In this document: positions 41,528 through 52,511 of the stretch, piece after piece
How the letters are laid out: each line of letters opens with the position of its first letter
How positions within the stretch are numbered: the stretch's first letter is position 1
Assembly: GCA_963793265.1 (NCBI GenBank)
Contig: CAWBZI010000001.1
Coordinates: forward strand, 384,001-448,000
DNA from: an uncultured cyanobacterium
Lineage (GTDB): Bacteria > Cyanobacteriota > Cyanobacteriia > Phormidesmidales > Phormidesmidaceae
Reading direction: 5' to 3'
DNA length: 64,000 bases
The notes under the pieces: generated by a model
Seen by the model: the letters and a program-made list of their open reading frames with translations, nothing else
What the model was told of the DNA's origin: nothing
Database searches by the model: none
Position numbers and translations under genes: made by a program

Positions 41528-42370
41528 ATGATTGCACTGCTAAGTGACTTTGGCTATCAGGATGCCTATGTGGCCGTGATGAAGGGCGTTATCGCTACGA
41601 TTGCGCCGACTGTAGCCATGTGTGATCTGGGGCACGATATACCGCCACAGAATATTCTAGCGGCTAGATTCAATTTAATGATGGCTTATCCTTATTTTCC
41701 GGGTGGCACAGTGTTTCTAACAGTCGTTGATCCGGGTGTGGGCTCGGCGCGTCGGGCGATCGCACTCAAATTCAACAACCAGTTCTTCGTCGGCCCAGAC
41801 AATGGTCTATTCGGTGGTCTACTCAGCGGTGCGATCGCTCACCCGGCTAAAATTACAGCCGTCGAGCTAACCAATCCCCGCTACTGGCGAGCCCCACAGC
41901 CGAGCGCGACCTTCCACGGACGAGATATCTTTGCCCCAGCAGCAGCTCACCTGGCAATGGGCGTAAGTCTTTATGAGCTGGGCGATCGCATCGATCCGTC
42001 TACTCTAGTCCAGTTTGACTTACCGCCTTTCCAACCCTCTCCTCCGCTATCTACTCAGTCCTCAGCTACAAATCCGGTGCTTGCAACGGGTAGCGTTCAA
42101 TATATAGATGGATTTGGCAACATCATCACGAATATTCCATCACAAGCGGCACCCTTTGAAGCCTGGCAAATAGAGATCGAATCTCACCGCTTTCTCAGTA
42201 TAAAAACTTACAGCGAAGTGCCCGCCGGAAGCATGGCTGCTCTAATCGGTTCACACGGTTGGATAGAAGCTGTCTGTTGCAACGGCAGTGCAGCAGCAAT
42301 GCTGGCCCAGATAGATGATATTGCTGTCGGTACCCCTGTTCAGCTAAGCCTTTGCGACGCTTTGCTCTAA
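41528..42370 (+). CDS. SAM hydrolase/halogenase family (DUF62)
   Basis: LLSDFG, VVDPGVG, GPDNG, TFHGRDIFAP, IDGFGN. Confidence 0.92.
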   Translation: MIALLSDFGYQDAYVAVMKGVIATIAPTVAMCDLGHDIPPQNILAARFNLMMAYPYFPGGTVFLTVVDPGVGSARRAIALKFNNQFFVGPDNGLFGGLLSGAIAHPAKITAVELTNPRYWRAPQPSATFHGRDIFAPAAAHLAMGVSLYELGDRIDPSTLVQFDLPPFQPSPPLSTQSSATNPVLATGSVQYIDGFGNIITNIPSQAAPFEAWQIEIESHRFLSIKTYSEVPAGSMAALIGSHGWIEAVCCNGSAAAMLAQIDDIAVGTPVQLSLCDALL

Positions 42371-42480
42371 GTTCAGTACATTCGCGGAGAGGGTTCTTCC
42401 GGACTCGAATGTCCGTTAAAGAATACGTCAATAGCGGTTAAAGCAATCGCTTGCCATCTTCTCTACATGTTCTAAAACTT

Positions 42481-42909
42481 ATGATGATGTTAACTGGAAT
42501 TAAAGCCTTTGAAGCCCGCTGGCAGTCACTTAAAAGCAGTTACGCCACAAGTTCTGCTGACAACCGCACGCTCATGCAAGCAATGGGACGACTGGTTGAT
42601 AACTATGCAACTCATGAAGAAATTTCTGAAGACCTATCTGACTCACTCAGCAGCCTATTTGACCAGTTAGTGGATGCCTACTTAAACGGCTGCTGGCTAG
42701 ATGATGTTGAAACCACTGGGCAAACCACCGAGCAAACCACCAAGCAAACCACTGAGCGCCCCCAAGTTTCGCCCGCACTGCTCGCCGCTCAACAAATGCG
42801 GCAGCGCCGAAAAATTCAGCCCACTCCCGCTAGCGAAGCAGAAACTTATGTGGTTCGCGATCGCGCTGAGCTATCAGTTGGCTCTGCGTTTGGTTCAGCT
42901 TTCAGCTAG
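42481..42909 (+). CDS. Hypothetical protein
   Basis: ORF fills the gap before dnaX; in-frame 12-bp repeat encodes TTGQ-TTEQ-TTKQ-TTER. Confidence 0.55.
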   Translation: MMMLTGIKAFEARWQSLKSSYATSSADNRTLMQAMGRLVDNYATHEEISEDLSDSLSSLFDQLVDAYLNGCWLDDVETTGQTTEQTTKQTTERPQVSPALLAAQQMRQRRKIQPTPASEAETYVVRDRAELSVGSAFGSAFS

Positions 42910-43058
42910 CCATATGATTGCAAGTCTGCTAGAGACATCTGCAAAATACATACTCAATCGTTTAATGAAGACGATATCTTAGTAGCGGCGGTCGGCTTGC
43001 TCTAGCTTTGAAAGATTCTGAGTTCCACCGCTCGCTGTTTGCGTCAGGTTAGCTTAGT

Positions 43059-45188
43059 TTGTACGAACCTCTCCATCACAAATACAGACCCCAAACGTTT
43101 GCTCAACTCGTGGGCCAGGGGGCGATCGCCTCTACCCTCACGCACGCCCTCCAGCAAAACCGAATTGCCCCCGCCTACCTATTTTGCGGCCCACGCGGCA
43201 CCGGCAAAACCTCCAGCGCCCGCATTTTAGCCAAATCTCTCAACTGCTTAGAAGCGATCGCCCCTACCGCCGAGCCCTGCGGCAAGTGCGACGTATGCCT
43301 ATCTGTCAATCGTGGCAGTGCGCTCGATATCGTTGAGATTGATGCTGCCAGCAATACCGGCGTCGATAATATCCGTGAGCTGATTGAAAGAGCCCAGTTC
43401 GCACCTGTTCAGTGTCGGTACAAAGTATATGTAATCGACGAATGTCATATGCTTAGTACCGCCGCGTTCAATGCCTTGCTAAAGACGTTAGAAGAGCCAC
43501 CAGATAGAGTCGTTTTTGTGCTGGCGACAACCGATCCGCAGCGCGTTTTGCCAACGATTATTTCTCGCTGTCAGCGGTTCGATTTTCGTCGAATTCCCCT
43601 GCCTGCCATGATTAAGCACTTAACCTATATTGCCGATAAAGAATCGATCAATATTGCTGAAAGTGCTGTTCAGCTTGTCGCTCAAATCTCGCAAGGCGGC
43701 CTGAGAGATGCTGAAAGTTTGCTCGATCAGCTCAGCCTTCAGGCTGACGAGATTACGGTGGATTCGGTTTGGGAGCTGGTGGGGGCAGTGCCAGAACGGG
43801 ATTTGCTGAACTTGGTGCGGGCGATCGCAGCCGATGATGGCACCGCGCTCCTAGAAAGAGTCCGCAACCTAATGGACAAAGGCCGCGAGCCGCTGATTGT
43901 TCTGCAAAGTTTAGTAGGTTTTTACCGCGACTTGCTAATCGCAAAAAGTGCCCCAGCTCGCGCCGATATGGTCGCAATCACCCCAACCACTTGGGCAGAA
44001 ATGACCACGTTTGCCCAGCAGCTATCAGTGCCGCAGCTTCTAGCTAGCCAGCAAAAGCTACAGACCGCAGAAGTACAGGTGAAGAACACAACTCAGCCGC
44101 GCCTGTGGTTAGAGATTACGCTCTCAGGACTGCTGCCGAGTGCACTGGGTGCGCTAGCTCAACTATCCACCAGTCCCTCATCCAATCGTTCAGCCCGCTC
44201 AGTTTTATCTGTTGCTAATCCACCCGCCATATCCTCAGCGCCCAGCGGCCTACCTCCTATCAAAGCGCCTGCGGCTAACCCCACACCCCCCACTGAACCT
44301 GTATCCCAAAGTCCACCGCCAGAAGCGCCACCCTCTAAACCACCGTCACCCGAAGCGTCGCCAGAGTCGCCCCCTACCGAACCGCCCAAAGCTCCCCCGA
44401 CTTCACAAGATTTGCCGATCGCGCCAGCCGTCGCACCACCGCCACCCGAACCACCCGAACCCGAGCCAGAGCCACCCAGTGAAGTTGCCTTTGGCAGCTT
44501 AAGCGAACTGTGGACAAAGATCTTAGCGGCCTTAGCACCGAGAGGGACGCAAATGCTGATGTCTCAACAGGGCGTACTGTTGGGCTTTGATGGGGTCGGC
44601 GCTAAAGTCGGCTTTCGCTCTGCCTCACTGCAAAAGATGGCACAAGAGCGCATACCCAACTTAGAAGCCGCGTTTGAAAAGGTCTTTCAGCGTCCGATTA
44701 AAGTCTTTTTAGAAGTGGTTACAGCCGAGGAGCCACCAGAAAAAAAAACGAATAAGCCCTCAGATAATCCATCTAATTCATCTCAAGGGCGATCGCCCGC
44801 TCCCCCAACCAGCCGCACCGCGCCACCGCCACCACCTGCGCCTCCGAGCCCAGCTAATAAACGACCTTCAGACGCACCGTCTCCGGGTTCTCCCAATCAC
44901 TCACCTACAAATACATCACCCAACACCGATCCGTCTTCTAAAGACAAAAACCCTAGTGCGCCCCCTGAAAACCATTCTGATCGCCCACCATCACAGCCAC
45001 CCGACAAGCCACCTCTTCCCTCCAGCGGCGCACCCGATCTGGACTGGGCTAGAAACCAAGACCAAGACAACATCAAGCGATTTGCTCAGTTTTTTAACGG
45101 TCAAATTGTGAACTTAGACGACGAAGACGATGAGCAAAACCCACCGTCTCAAAAGTCCTCCGATCCTGGCCCAGACGTTCCCTTTTAG
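43059..45188 (+). CDS. dnaX: DNA polymerase III subunit gamma/tau
   Basis: KYRPQTF, GPRGTGKT, EIDAAS, IDECHML, SRC; Pro-rich linkers; TTG start. Confidence 0.96.
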   Translation: MYEPLHHKYRPQTFAQLVGQGAIASTLTHALQQNRIAPAYLFCGPRGTGKTSSARILAKSLNCLEAIAPTAEPCGKCDVCLSVNRGSALDIVEIDAASNTGVDNIRELIERAQFAPVQCRYKVYVIDECHMLSTAAFNALLKTLEEPPDRVVFVLATTDPQRVLPTIISRCQRFDFRRIPLPAMIKHLTYIADKESINIAESAVQLVAQISQGGLRDAESLLDQLSLQADEITVDSVWELVGAVPERDLLNLVRAIAADDGTALLERVRNLMDKGREPLIVLQSLVGFYRDLLIAKSAPARADMVAITPTTWAEMTTFAQQLSVPQLLASQQKLQTAEVQVKNTTQPRLWLEITLSGLLPSALGALAQLSTSPSSNRSARSVLSVANPPAISSAPSGLPPIKAPAANPTPPTEPVSQSPPPEAPPSKPPSPEASPESPPTEPPKAPPTSQDLPIAPAVAPPPPEPPEPEPEPPSEVAFGSLSELWTKILAALAPRGTQMLMSQQGVLLGFDGVGAKVGFRSASLQKMAQERIPNLEAAFEKVFQRPIKVFLEVVTAEEPPEKKTNKPSDNPSNSSQGRSPAPPTSRTAPPPPPAPPSPANKRPSDAPSPGSPNHSPTNTSPNTDPSSKDKNPSAPPENHSDRPPSQPPDKPPLPSSGAPDLDWARNQDQDNIKRFAQFFNGQIVNLDDEDDEQNPPSQKSSDPGPDVPF

Positions 45189-47662
45189 CTGCGCAGGCTG
45201 ACCTTGTAGGTTTTCTCTAGCGCGGCGCGAACTTTTTGGTGCACTGGATCGATGTCTTTATCGGTGAGGGTGCGATCGCCCGCTCGATAAACCAATCTGA
45301 AGGCCAAAGACCGCTGCCCCTCCGGCACATTCTCTCCTCGATACTCATCAAAGAGCATCACGCCATCCAACAATTTTCCACCCGACTTACTGATCGAGCG
45401 TGTTAAGTCGGCAACAGACACGGTGATAGGCGCAAAGAAGGCCAAATCGCGGTCAGATGCGGGATAGGTAGAATAGGCAGCAAACTTCACGGCCTTTCCA
45501 CTCTTGCCGGTTAAGCACATTTCCAACACAGCCCAGTTAAGTTCAAAAACGTATACCTGATCGGGCAAACCGCTTTCTCTTTGTAGCTCAGGATGAAGCT
45601 GACCGAACTTACCCAGGCTTGTTTTTCCTCGCACAAATAGCTCAGCGGTACGTCCAGGGTGCAAGCGGCGATCACGATCGCTCGCGCGGTAGTCCACATC
45701 AATGCCCAAGTTATCAAACACGCATTGCAACATCCCTTTGGCTTCGTACCAAGTCATAGGCACTTCTTTGTTGCTAGTCACCCAGCGTCCGCGCCGCGCA
45801 TCACCGCCAACAATGCCGCCAACCTTAAGCGTTTCAACCGGGTCGCCGTCAGGATTATCTTCTGGTTTATTAAAAACATTGCCAATCTCAAAGGCATTGA
45901 GTGGGCCATTACCGTTGTCTATGTTGAGCTTATAGGCGTCTACTAGGCCATCAATTAGATCAATTCTTAATGCCGAATACTCTTTGAATAGCGGGTTAGC
46001 TAATACAACCTGTGGCTTTTGAGGATCGGTTCCAGTCAGAGAGTAGTGAATGGTTTCGGTGAGCCCAGCACCACGAAAAGCTGCGCGCAATCGCCTGGAT
46101 AAAGCAGCAGATTCGGTCAGGTACCCGCGTGATGTCTGAGTTGGCAATGTGTTGTCGAAGTGATCATAGCCATAGAGACGTGCAATCTCTTCTATTAAGT
46201 CAATCTCTCTTTCTAAGTCACGATAGCGGTAAGGCGGAACGGTGACCGTCCATGAATCTTCTTTCTCGGCTGCTGCCTGGCAGCCTAGCTTCTCTAGCAA
46301 CATTTCGATAGTTGCTTTATCCAGGAATTGAGGTTCCCCTTTATTAACGACTTTTCCAAGAATCTGATTGACTCTTTCTAGTCGAAGGGAGACTTCACGC
46401 GTGTGTGAGATCTCGCCTACTTCAGTACGATCTTCCGCCTGGCCAACTAGCGTAGCACCTGCAATTTCCTGTAGAAGTTGAAGGGCGCGATCGCTTGCCA
46501 AGCTCAGTTCAGCCGGGTTCACACCGCGTTCGTAGCGAGCAGAGGCTTCGGTTCTCAAGCCTTGCGATCGCGCTGACTTACGAATCGCCGCCGAGTCAAA
46601 ATAAGCCGCCTCTAAAAACACTTTTTGGGTGCTATCTACCACTTCCGTATCAGCGCCGCCCATCACACCTGCTAAGGCTACCGGCACATCATTAGCCGTA
46701 ATCAACAGCGTTTGCTCAGCGAGCTGCCTTTCTTTATCATCCAAAGTAACCAGCGTCTCCTCTGCTTTGGCATAGCGTACGTCAACGGTGAGCGCCGACG
46801 CTTGGCCTGCCCCTGTTAGTCGCTCAAGATCAAAGGCGTGTAAAGGCTGACCCCATTCCAACAGTACGTAGTTAGTGACATCTACCACATTATTAATCGC
46901 TCTCGTGCCAGCGGCTACTAGGCGCTGCTGTAGCCAGGCAGGCGAAGGGGCGATTTTAATACCTTCTAAAACGCTGCCTATATATATAGGACAGGCTTTC
47001 GGATCGCTAAGTGCGATCGCCACATCTCCTACCTGAGTTTGAGTCTGCTCACCTGCGGCTGTATCTGAAACAGGTAGCTTAAGCGGATTGCCGGTAATCG
47101 CCGCAATCTCGCGAGCAATACCCACCATACTCAGCGCGTCGGCCCGGTTAGCTGTAGAGGTAATATCTAAGACAAAATCATTCAGTCCCAGCAGCGGACG
47201 CACGTCTTGACCAGCGGCGATCTCTCCTCGCTCAAAGCTAGCCTCATCAAAGATATAAATACCTTCCGAGTCTTTAGCGAGCCCTAGTTCTGAAAGTGAA
47301 CAAATCATCCCGGCTGAGGGCACACCCCGTAGCTCGCGGGGCTTGATTTTAAGATCGACTTGAGGCAAATAGCTGCCGACCGTCGCCACCGGCACGCACA
47401 TATCTGCGCCAACGTTCGCGGCCCCGCACACAATCGTAGAATTCTCTGCTGCGCCAATATCAACCGTACACACGCTCAGCTTCTCAGCATCAGGATGCAG
47501 CTCGCGCGTTAGCACTCGACCCACCACCACGCCATCAGCCCAGCTTTGACGATCTTCAATATTTTCTACCTCAAAGCCTGCCATGGTCAGAGCATCGGCT
47601 AGCGCTTCAGGAGAAAGATCAAATTCGACAAGCTCTTTGAGCCAATTAACAGAAACACGCAT
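45185..47662 (-). CDS. pheT: Phenylalanyl-tRNA synthetase beta subunit
   Basis: MRVSVNWLKE, IVCGAAN, GQPLHAFD, DLIEEIARLYGY, RSLAFRL. Confidence 0.97.
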   Translation of the reverse strand: MRVSVNWLKELVEFDLSPEALADALTMAGFEVENIEDRQSWADGVVVGRVLTRELHPDAEKLSVCTVDIGAAENSTIVCGAANVGADMCVPVATVGSYLPQVDLKIKPRELRGVPSAGMICSLSELGLAKDSEGIYIFDEASFERGEIAAGQDVRPLLGLNDFVLDITSTANRADALSMVGIAREIAAITGNPLKLPVSDTAAGEQTQTQVGDVAIALSDPKACPIYIGSVLEGIKIAPSPAWLQQRLVAAGTRAINNVVDVTNYVLLEWGQPLHAFDLERLTGAGQASALTVDVRYAKAEETLVTLDDKERQLAEQTLLITANDVPVALAGVMGGADTEVVDSTQKVFLEAAYFDSAAIRKSARSQGLRTEASARYERGVNPAELSLASDRALQLLQEIAGATLVGQAEDRTEVGEISHTREVSLRLERVNQILGKVVNKGEPQFLDKATIEMLLEKLGCQAAAEKEDSWTVTVPPYRYRDLEREIDLIEEIARLYGYDHFDNTLPTQTSRGYLTESAALSRRLRAAFRGAGLTETIHYSLTGTDPQKPQVVLANPLFKEYSALRIDLIDGLVDAYKLNIDNGNGPLNAFEIGNVFNKPEDNPDGDPVETLKVGGIVGGDARRGRWVTSNKEVPMTWYEAKGMLQCVFDNLGIDVDYRASDRDRRLHPGRTAELFVRGKTSLGKFGQLHPELQRESGLPDQVYVFELNWAVLEMCLTGKSGKAVKFAAYSTYPASDRDLAFFAPITVSVADLTRSISKSGGKLLDGVMLFDEYRGENVPEGQRSLAFRLVYRAGDRTLTDKDIDPVHQKVRAALEKTYKVSLRS

Positions 47663-47908
47663 GAGAAGACGGGCGCTTTTGCCACCGCGATAAAGATAGT
47701 CGTAGGAAAGGCTTTGAAAATGCGCCTACAGGCGTCTCCAAACCTCGACCTATCGTACTATAGCGCCTCGTACTGTAGCGCCTCATCTCATCCATCAAGT
47801 TTCTTACTTTTCTGCTTCTATCGCCTTTCCACAAGCGGGAATACTGGGGCAACAGCCATTCTACAGCCGCCTCTTCTTGTAGGATTTTGTCTTTTTTTCC
47901 CACCTGTA

Positions 47909-49435
47909 ATGACCTATTGCATAGCCACAGGCTGTCCTAAGCCCAAAAACGCTCCCAACGCTCGGCTCTGTAAAACCTGTGGCAGCAAGCTTTGGCTGCG
48001 CGATCGCTACAGAGTATTAGGTGCACTCGGTCGTGGTGGCTTTGGCGCAACTTTCCTAGCTCGCGATCAGTTACTTCCAGGCTATCCTTCTTGCGTCATC
48101 AAACAGCTTAGGCCCACCACCGAAGTGCCTAGCCTATTAGAAATGGCCCGAGATCTCTTTCAGCGCGAGGCCAATATCTTAGGCAAAATTGGCAATCATC
48201 CGCAGCTACCGCGCCTGCTTGACTACTTTGAGATGGCGCATGAGTTTTACTTAGTGCAAGAGTACGTCAGCGGTTCTACGCTGCAAAAAGAAGTGAAGCA
48301 CGGTGGCCCGTTTACAGAAGTCGGCGTAAAGCAGTTTTTAACTGAGATTTTGCCGGTTGTGCAATACATTCACAGCAATAAAATCATCCATCGCGATATT
48401 AAGCCCGCTAACTTAATCCGCCGCGACCAGGATAAGCAGCTCGTGATGATCGACTTCGGCGCAGTCAAAGATAAGGTCAGCGCGCCAAATATCGATCCGT
48501 CTGATGAGTCTGCGCTGACGGCCTATGCTATCGGTACGCCAGGGTACGCACCGCCTGAGCAAATGGCAATGCGCCCTGTCTATGCCAGTGATTTGTACGC
48601 AATTGGCGTGACCTGCGTATTTTTATTAACGGGGCGATCGCCCAAGGACTTTCCCTACGATCCGCACACTGGCGAACTCCGCTGGCAAGACTACACCGTC
48701 GTTAGCAGCCACTTTAGTAAAGTACTGCGCAAAATGCTCGATATCTCCGTACACAGCCGCTATCAAATGGCCGCAGATATTCTGCGCGACATAGAAATAG
48801 AGCCCTATCTAGATAGCCTTTCACAGAATTTAGCCTTTTCAATCACTGCCGGTAGCACCGCGCCAACTGCCCAAGCCTCAGAAGCCTCAGAAGCGCCTCG
48901 CGTTTCGCCCTCATCCCGAATGGCCGAAGCGATCAGAGCCCGGCGAGAGCGGCGCAATAACAAAGCAGACACTCCCTACAAAGGCACGGAGCGGCGGCGC
49001 CCTCAAAAGCCAACAGTGCAATCTTTAATCGAGAACTACGGAAAAGGACAGCGCGATTTCTCCGAGCAAATCTTCAGTCAGCTTGACCTGCATAAGCAGT
49101 TGCTCGCGGGGGCCAGTTTTGCAAAAGCGACGCTTGCCAGTGCCAATTTATCAGGCGCAGATCTGTCTAATACAAACTTTAGTCGCGCCAACTTAGGTCA
49201 GGCCACGCTCAAAAATGCCAAACTCGTAGGCGCTTATCTCTGTGGCGCTAAGCTAGAGGGCGCTGATCTGCGCGGCGCGAATCTCTCAAAGGCGAGTTTA
49301 GAATCAGCGCGTCTCAAAGATGCTAACCTCTGCGGTGCCGACTTAACGGGGGCTACGATCAGTGAAGCTCAGTTGGCTGTAGCGCGAACCAACTGGGCTA
49401 CCATTCATCCCAATGGCAAACGGCTGTTCCGCTAG
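47909..49435 (+). CDS. Ser/Thr protein kinase with C-terminal pentapeptide repeats (SpkB-like)
   Basis: N-terminal Cys motif, GRGGFG, HRDIKPAN, DFG, GYAPPE; A(D/N)L repeats. Confidence 0.92.
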   Translation: MTYCIATGCPKPKNAPNARLCKTCGSKLWLRDRYRVLGALGRGGFGATFLARDQLLPGYPSCVIKQLRPTTEVPSLLEMARDLFQREANILGKIGNHPQLPRLLDYFEMAHEFYLVQEYVSGSTLQKEVKHGGPFTEVGVKQFLTEILPVVQYIHSNKIIHRDIKPANLIRRDQDKQLVMIDFGAVKDKVSAPNIDPSDESALTAYAIGTPGYAPPEQMAMRPVYASDLYAIGVTCVFLLTGRSPKDFPYDPHTGELRWQDYTVVSSHFSKVLRKMLDISVHSRYQMAADILRDIEIEPYLDSLSQNLAFSITAGSTAPTAQASEASEAPRVSPSSRMAEAIRARRERRNNKADTPYKGTERRRPQKPTVQSLIENYGKGQRDFSEQIFSQLDLHKQLLAGASFAKATLASANLSGADLSNTNFSRANLGQATLKNAKLVGAYLCGAKLEGADLRGANLSKASLESARLKDANLCGADLTGATISEAQLAVARTNWATIHPNGKRLFR

Positions 49436-49546
49436 TAGTCTATGACTGAGACTGTAAATCTATAGGGCTGAGATCTTTAGAGTAAACTACAAAAGCTCCC
49501 TCGCGCCCGCTAAACTAATAGCAGATCTTATGAGGAAGTCGATTGT

Positions 49547-49768
49547 ATGTTTGTAGATGAGCTAACCCCTTTCGTGCGGGAGCTGGCCCGTCAGCCAGTT
49601 GCGTTTTGTGGTGGTTTCTTTTCAGGTATTTTTGGCCTGGACTTAAACGAAGACCCTGTTAGAACTTGGTTAGGAAAGCAAGGAGCAGCCCCTACTGGCA
49701 GCACGCTTGAAAGTTCAGCGCCTACCAACAATTCAGCCAAAGGCCCACAGTCTATCGATATTGACTAG
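49547..49768 (+). CDS. Small hypothetical protein
   Basis: GAGG RBS; QPVAFCGGFFSG..DPVRTWL..PQSIDID. Confidence 0.75.
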   Translation: MFVDELTPFVRELARQPVAFCGGFFSGIFGLDLNEDPVRTWLGKQGAAPTGSTLESSAPTNNSAKGPQSIDID

Positions 49769-49785
49769 CTAACACTAGCTCGATA

Positions 49786-50529
49786 CTAGGCTGAAAGTTC
49801 TAAGCTGCTGAGCCACTTCAGCACTCGGCAGCTTAGTGCACTGTGTTGAACGCTATTACAAGGCGACTCAGTGGCATACGACAATTGCAAAGCGAGTGCT
49901 TTACGGTAGTCGGCAATCGCACAGTTCCAGTCGCCATCCAAATGATAAACGCGCCCTCTCTCTGCATAGAGCGCAGCGTTTTGCGGCTGAAAAATTATCG
50001 CGACATCCAGGCAAATCAAAGCTTCTTCATAGTCGCCCAGTTCTCTAAAGGTGATGGCCTGGTTAAGCCGGGCACGAATGTTGAGCGGGTTGAGATCGAT
50101 GGCTGTATCGTAGTCAGCGATCGCCTCAGTCCAATCTTGCTGAATGGCATATAAATTGCCACGGTTGTTATAGGCCCGGTCTAGCTCTGGATTAATCGCT
50201 AGCGCCTGGTTGTAGTCGAGCAAGGCATTTTCATATTGATAGCGTGAGTAGTGCATCAGGCCGCGATTGCTGTAGTGCTCCGCTTTATTAGGTTCGCAGG
50301 CAATCAGCCGACTGAGCAAAGCAATGGCCCTAGCGTAGTTCTTCTTCTTAGCAGCGAGGCTAGCCTGCCTGTTGATCAATATGTTGAAGTCTGCTTGAGA
50401 AAGGCAGCTACTGGCTCTAAATCGATTACTCCCTATCGACTTGCGCGCTGGCTGATAGGTGGGCTTGAAAAGCATGGTACTTGGATAGCGAATAGCGGCG
50501 CTGATATGGCTGGCGTCTGGTGAGTGCAT
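49786..50529 (-). CDS. TPR-repeat protein
   Basis: Repeated YxNRG / A..DY..AI..NP motifs. Confidence 0.88.
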   Translation of the reverse strand: MHSPDASHISAAIRYPSTMLFKPTYQPARKSIGSNRFRASSCLSQADFNILINRQASLAAKKKNYARAIALLSRLIACEPNKAEHYSNRGLMHYSRYQYENALLDYNQALAINPELDRAYNNRGNLYAIQQDWTEAIADYDTAIDLNPLNIRARLNQAITFRELGDYEEALICLDVAIIFQPQNAALYAERGRVYHLDGDWNCAIADYRKALALQLSYATESPCNSVQHSALSCRVLKWLSSLELSA

Positions 50530-50991
50530 AGGTAGAAAAGTCCTTGTTTAAAAGAATGCATCATATATAGAGATGTGAAAGTAGTGGTGCAAGAGCTACT
50601 AATCAATGCATAAGGCTATCTACCGACATAGGTTCAATGGAGCTTCGCGAGCGCTTCGATTGAAACGCAGATTGAAGCATTTGTTACAAATCAATAAATC
50701 AATTTTATTTACATGTAACGTTGTTGATGAAATCCTCTCACGGGGCTACAGACAAACTAAACCGAGAAAGAACGTAGTAACTGCTGCCTTTCTGGCCAAC
50801 AAAAGTTGATATATCGGTGTAACTACTGAAAAAATAGTTGGCAAGATCGGTATTTTCCCTTGGCCATTAGATAGATATAAAGGTAACCATGCCCGCCACT
50901 TAAAATGTCATCTGAGGACTGATTACCGTTTGCAGCGTTTCCAAAAGATTTGTTACGTTCCTTCTGGTAGCATTTCAACAGAAATAGACAA

Positions 50992-51032
50992 AAAACAGGC
51001 GATCGCCCTATGTCTGAGCGATCGCCTGTTTT
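50992..51032 (-). terminator. Intrinsic terminator downstream of psbK; stem contains two HIP1 octamers
   Basis: AAAACAGGCGATCGC..GCGATCGCCTGTTTT with A/T tracts. Confidence 0.7.
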
Positions 51033-51082
51033 GCAATGATTCGATTGTCTGTAGCGCTATCGCAAAAAGCTAATAAGCTAGC

Positions 51083-51220
51083 TTACCTGAAGCCAACGGA
51101 AGCCTGCCACACGAAAGCAAGCAGCAAAAAGAAGATGGGAAGAATTGGCAAAACGTCAATAAGGGGGCCAAATGCGCGATATGCCTCAGGGAGGGTCGCT
51201 ATCAGCAGTGCTGCTTGCAT
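51083..51220 (-). CDS. psbK: Photosystem II protein K (absent from the ORF track)
   Basis: [45 protein letters not shown]. Confidence 0.96.
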   Translation of the reverse strand: MQAALLIATLPEAYRAFGPLIDVLPILPIFFLLLAFVWQASVGFR

Positions 51221-51356
51221 GGGGTTGGTATCTCCAAGTGCTTGTTGTTATAGTTGACGATATTTTATCACGAGTCTGTGGTGTAGCTATCATCATGTCC
51301 TCTCGTAGCTTGGGCATCGCCGCCTGCTAGTTGCGCTTGTATGAAGGCTTTTCTTT

Positions 51357-52475
51357 TCAGGTCAACCAGTGCTTAAATTCCTCAGCAAACGTGTCGTTCA
51401 AAATAGCATCGCGTATGGCTTGAGTGAAGCGAATCAGCTCAGTAATATTGTGAATCGATAGCAGCGTATAGGCCAGTAGCTCTTTGGCATGAAGCAGGTG
51501 ACAGATGTATGCCCTCGTAAAGGTTTGGCAGGTGTAGCAGGGGCAGCTATCGTCTATGGGCGTTAAGTCCTGTCGAAATCGTGCGTTTTTAAGGTTCCAG
51601 CGATCGCCCTGCCCGCTCACGCCACCTGTCAGCGCCGCACCATGCCTGGCGAGCCGAGTTGGAATTACACAGTCAAATAGATCAATGCCTGCTGCGATCG
51701 CCTGTGCCATCTCCTTATAGGTACCTACGCCCATCAAGTAGCGCGGCTTGTCTTCAGGCAGTAGCGGCGCGGTCGCCTGCACAATCTTCTCAATCAGCGC
51801 TGGCGGCTCTCCTACGCTCACCCCACCCACCGCATAGCCGGGCAAGTCTAAATCTGCAAGCGCCTTAGCCGCTTCAGAACGTAAGTCTAAGTACGTGCCG
51901 CCTTGCACAATGCCAAACAGCGCCTGATCATCACGGTCGTGCGCGCTAATACACCGCTTTAGCCAGCGATAAGTCCGCTCAGTTGCTGCCACCACCGCCT
52001 CCCGCGTAGCTGGATAGGGCGGACACTCATCGAAGGCCATAATCACATCTGCCCCCAGCTTGTTCTGAATCTCAATAGAACGCTCAGGCGGCATCTCAAT
52101 AATCCGTCCGTCCCGTGGCGATCGAAACGTAGCGCCTTCATCGGTAACGGTACGCATTTCGCTCAGGCTAAAAACCTGAAACCCACCTGAGTCAGTCAGC
52201 ATAGGGCCACCCCAGCCCATGAACTTGTGCACACCGCCCGCGGCTGCAACCAAATCCTCTCCTGGCTGCAAGTGCAGATGGTAGGTATTAGAAAGCACCA
52301 TTTCAGCGTTACAGCTTTTGAGCTGATCGGGCGTGATGGTCTTTACGTTTGCAAGGGTGCCTACCGGCATAAACCGAGGCGTATGCACATCGCCATGGGG
52401 CGTATGAAATATGCCCGCGCGCGCTTGCGTGCAGCCACACTTTGCCTGAAGGCGGTAGGAAAAGGCTTTGGTCAC
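51357..52475 (-). CDS. tgt: Queuine tRNA-ribosyltransferase
   Basis: [38 protein letters not shown]. Confidence 0.97.
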   Translation of the reverse strand: MTKAFSYRLQAKCGCTQARAGIFHTPHGDVHTPRFMPVGTLANVKTITPDQLKSCNAEMVLSNTYHLHLQPGEDLVAAAGGVHKFMGWGGPMLTDSGGFQVFSLSEMRTVTDEGATFRSPRDGRIIEMPPERSIEIQNKLGADVIMAFDECPPYPATREAVVAATERTYRWLKRCISAHDRDDQALFGIVQGGTYLDLRSEAAKALADLDLPGYAVGGVSVGEPPALIEKIVQATAPLLPEDKPRYLMGVGTYKEMAQAIAAGIDLFDCVIPTRLARHGAALTGGVSGQGDRWNLKNARFRQDLTPIDDSCPCYTCQTFTRAYICHLLHAKELLAYTLLSIHNITELIRFTQAIRDAILNDTFAEEFKHWLT

Positions 52476-52511
52476 TTAAATGTATTAAAGAAAGAGCCCC
52501 ATTTTAGACTG

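Noticed and set aside
41528..42370. Halogenase or natural-product cluster
   Set aside because: Neighbours are housekeeping genes; most DUF62 members are SAM hydrolases
43059..43600. Intein in DnaX, as in some cyanobacteria
   Set aside because: VIDECHML region is continuous with no insertion
47714..47908. Long N-terminal extension of the Ser/Thr kinase
   Set aside because: Low-complexity, repeat-containing sequence; ATG 47909 begins the Cys motif typical of these kinases
51036..51257. 73-aa plus-strand ORF
   Set aside because: Antisense shadow of psbK
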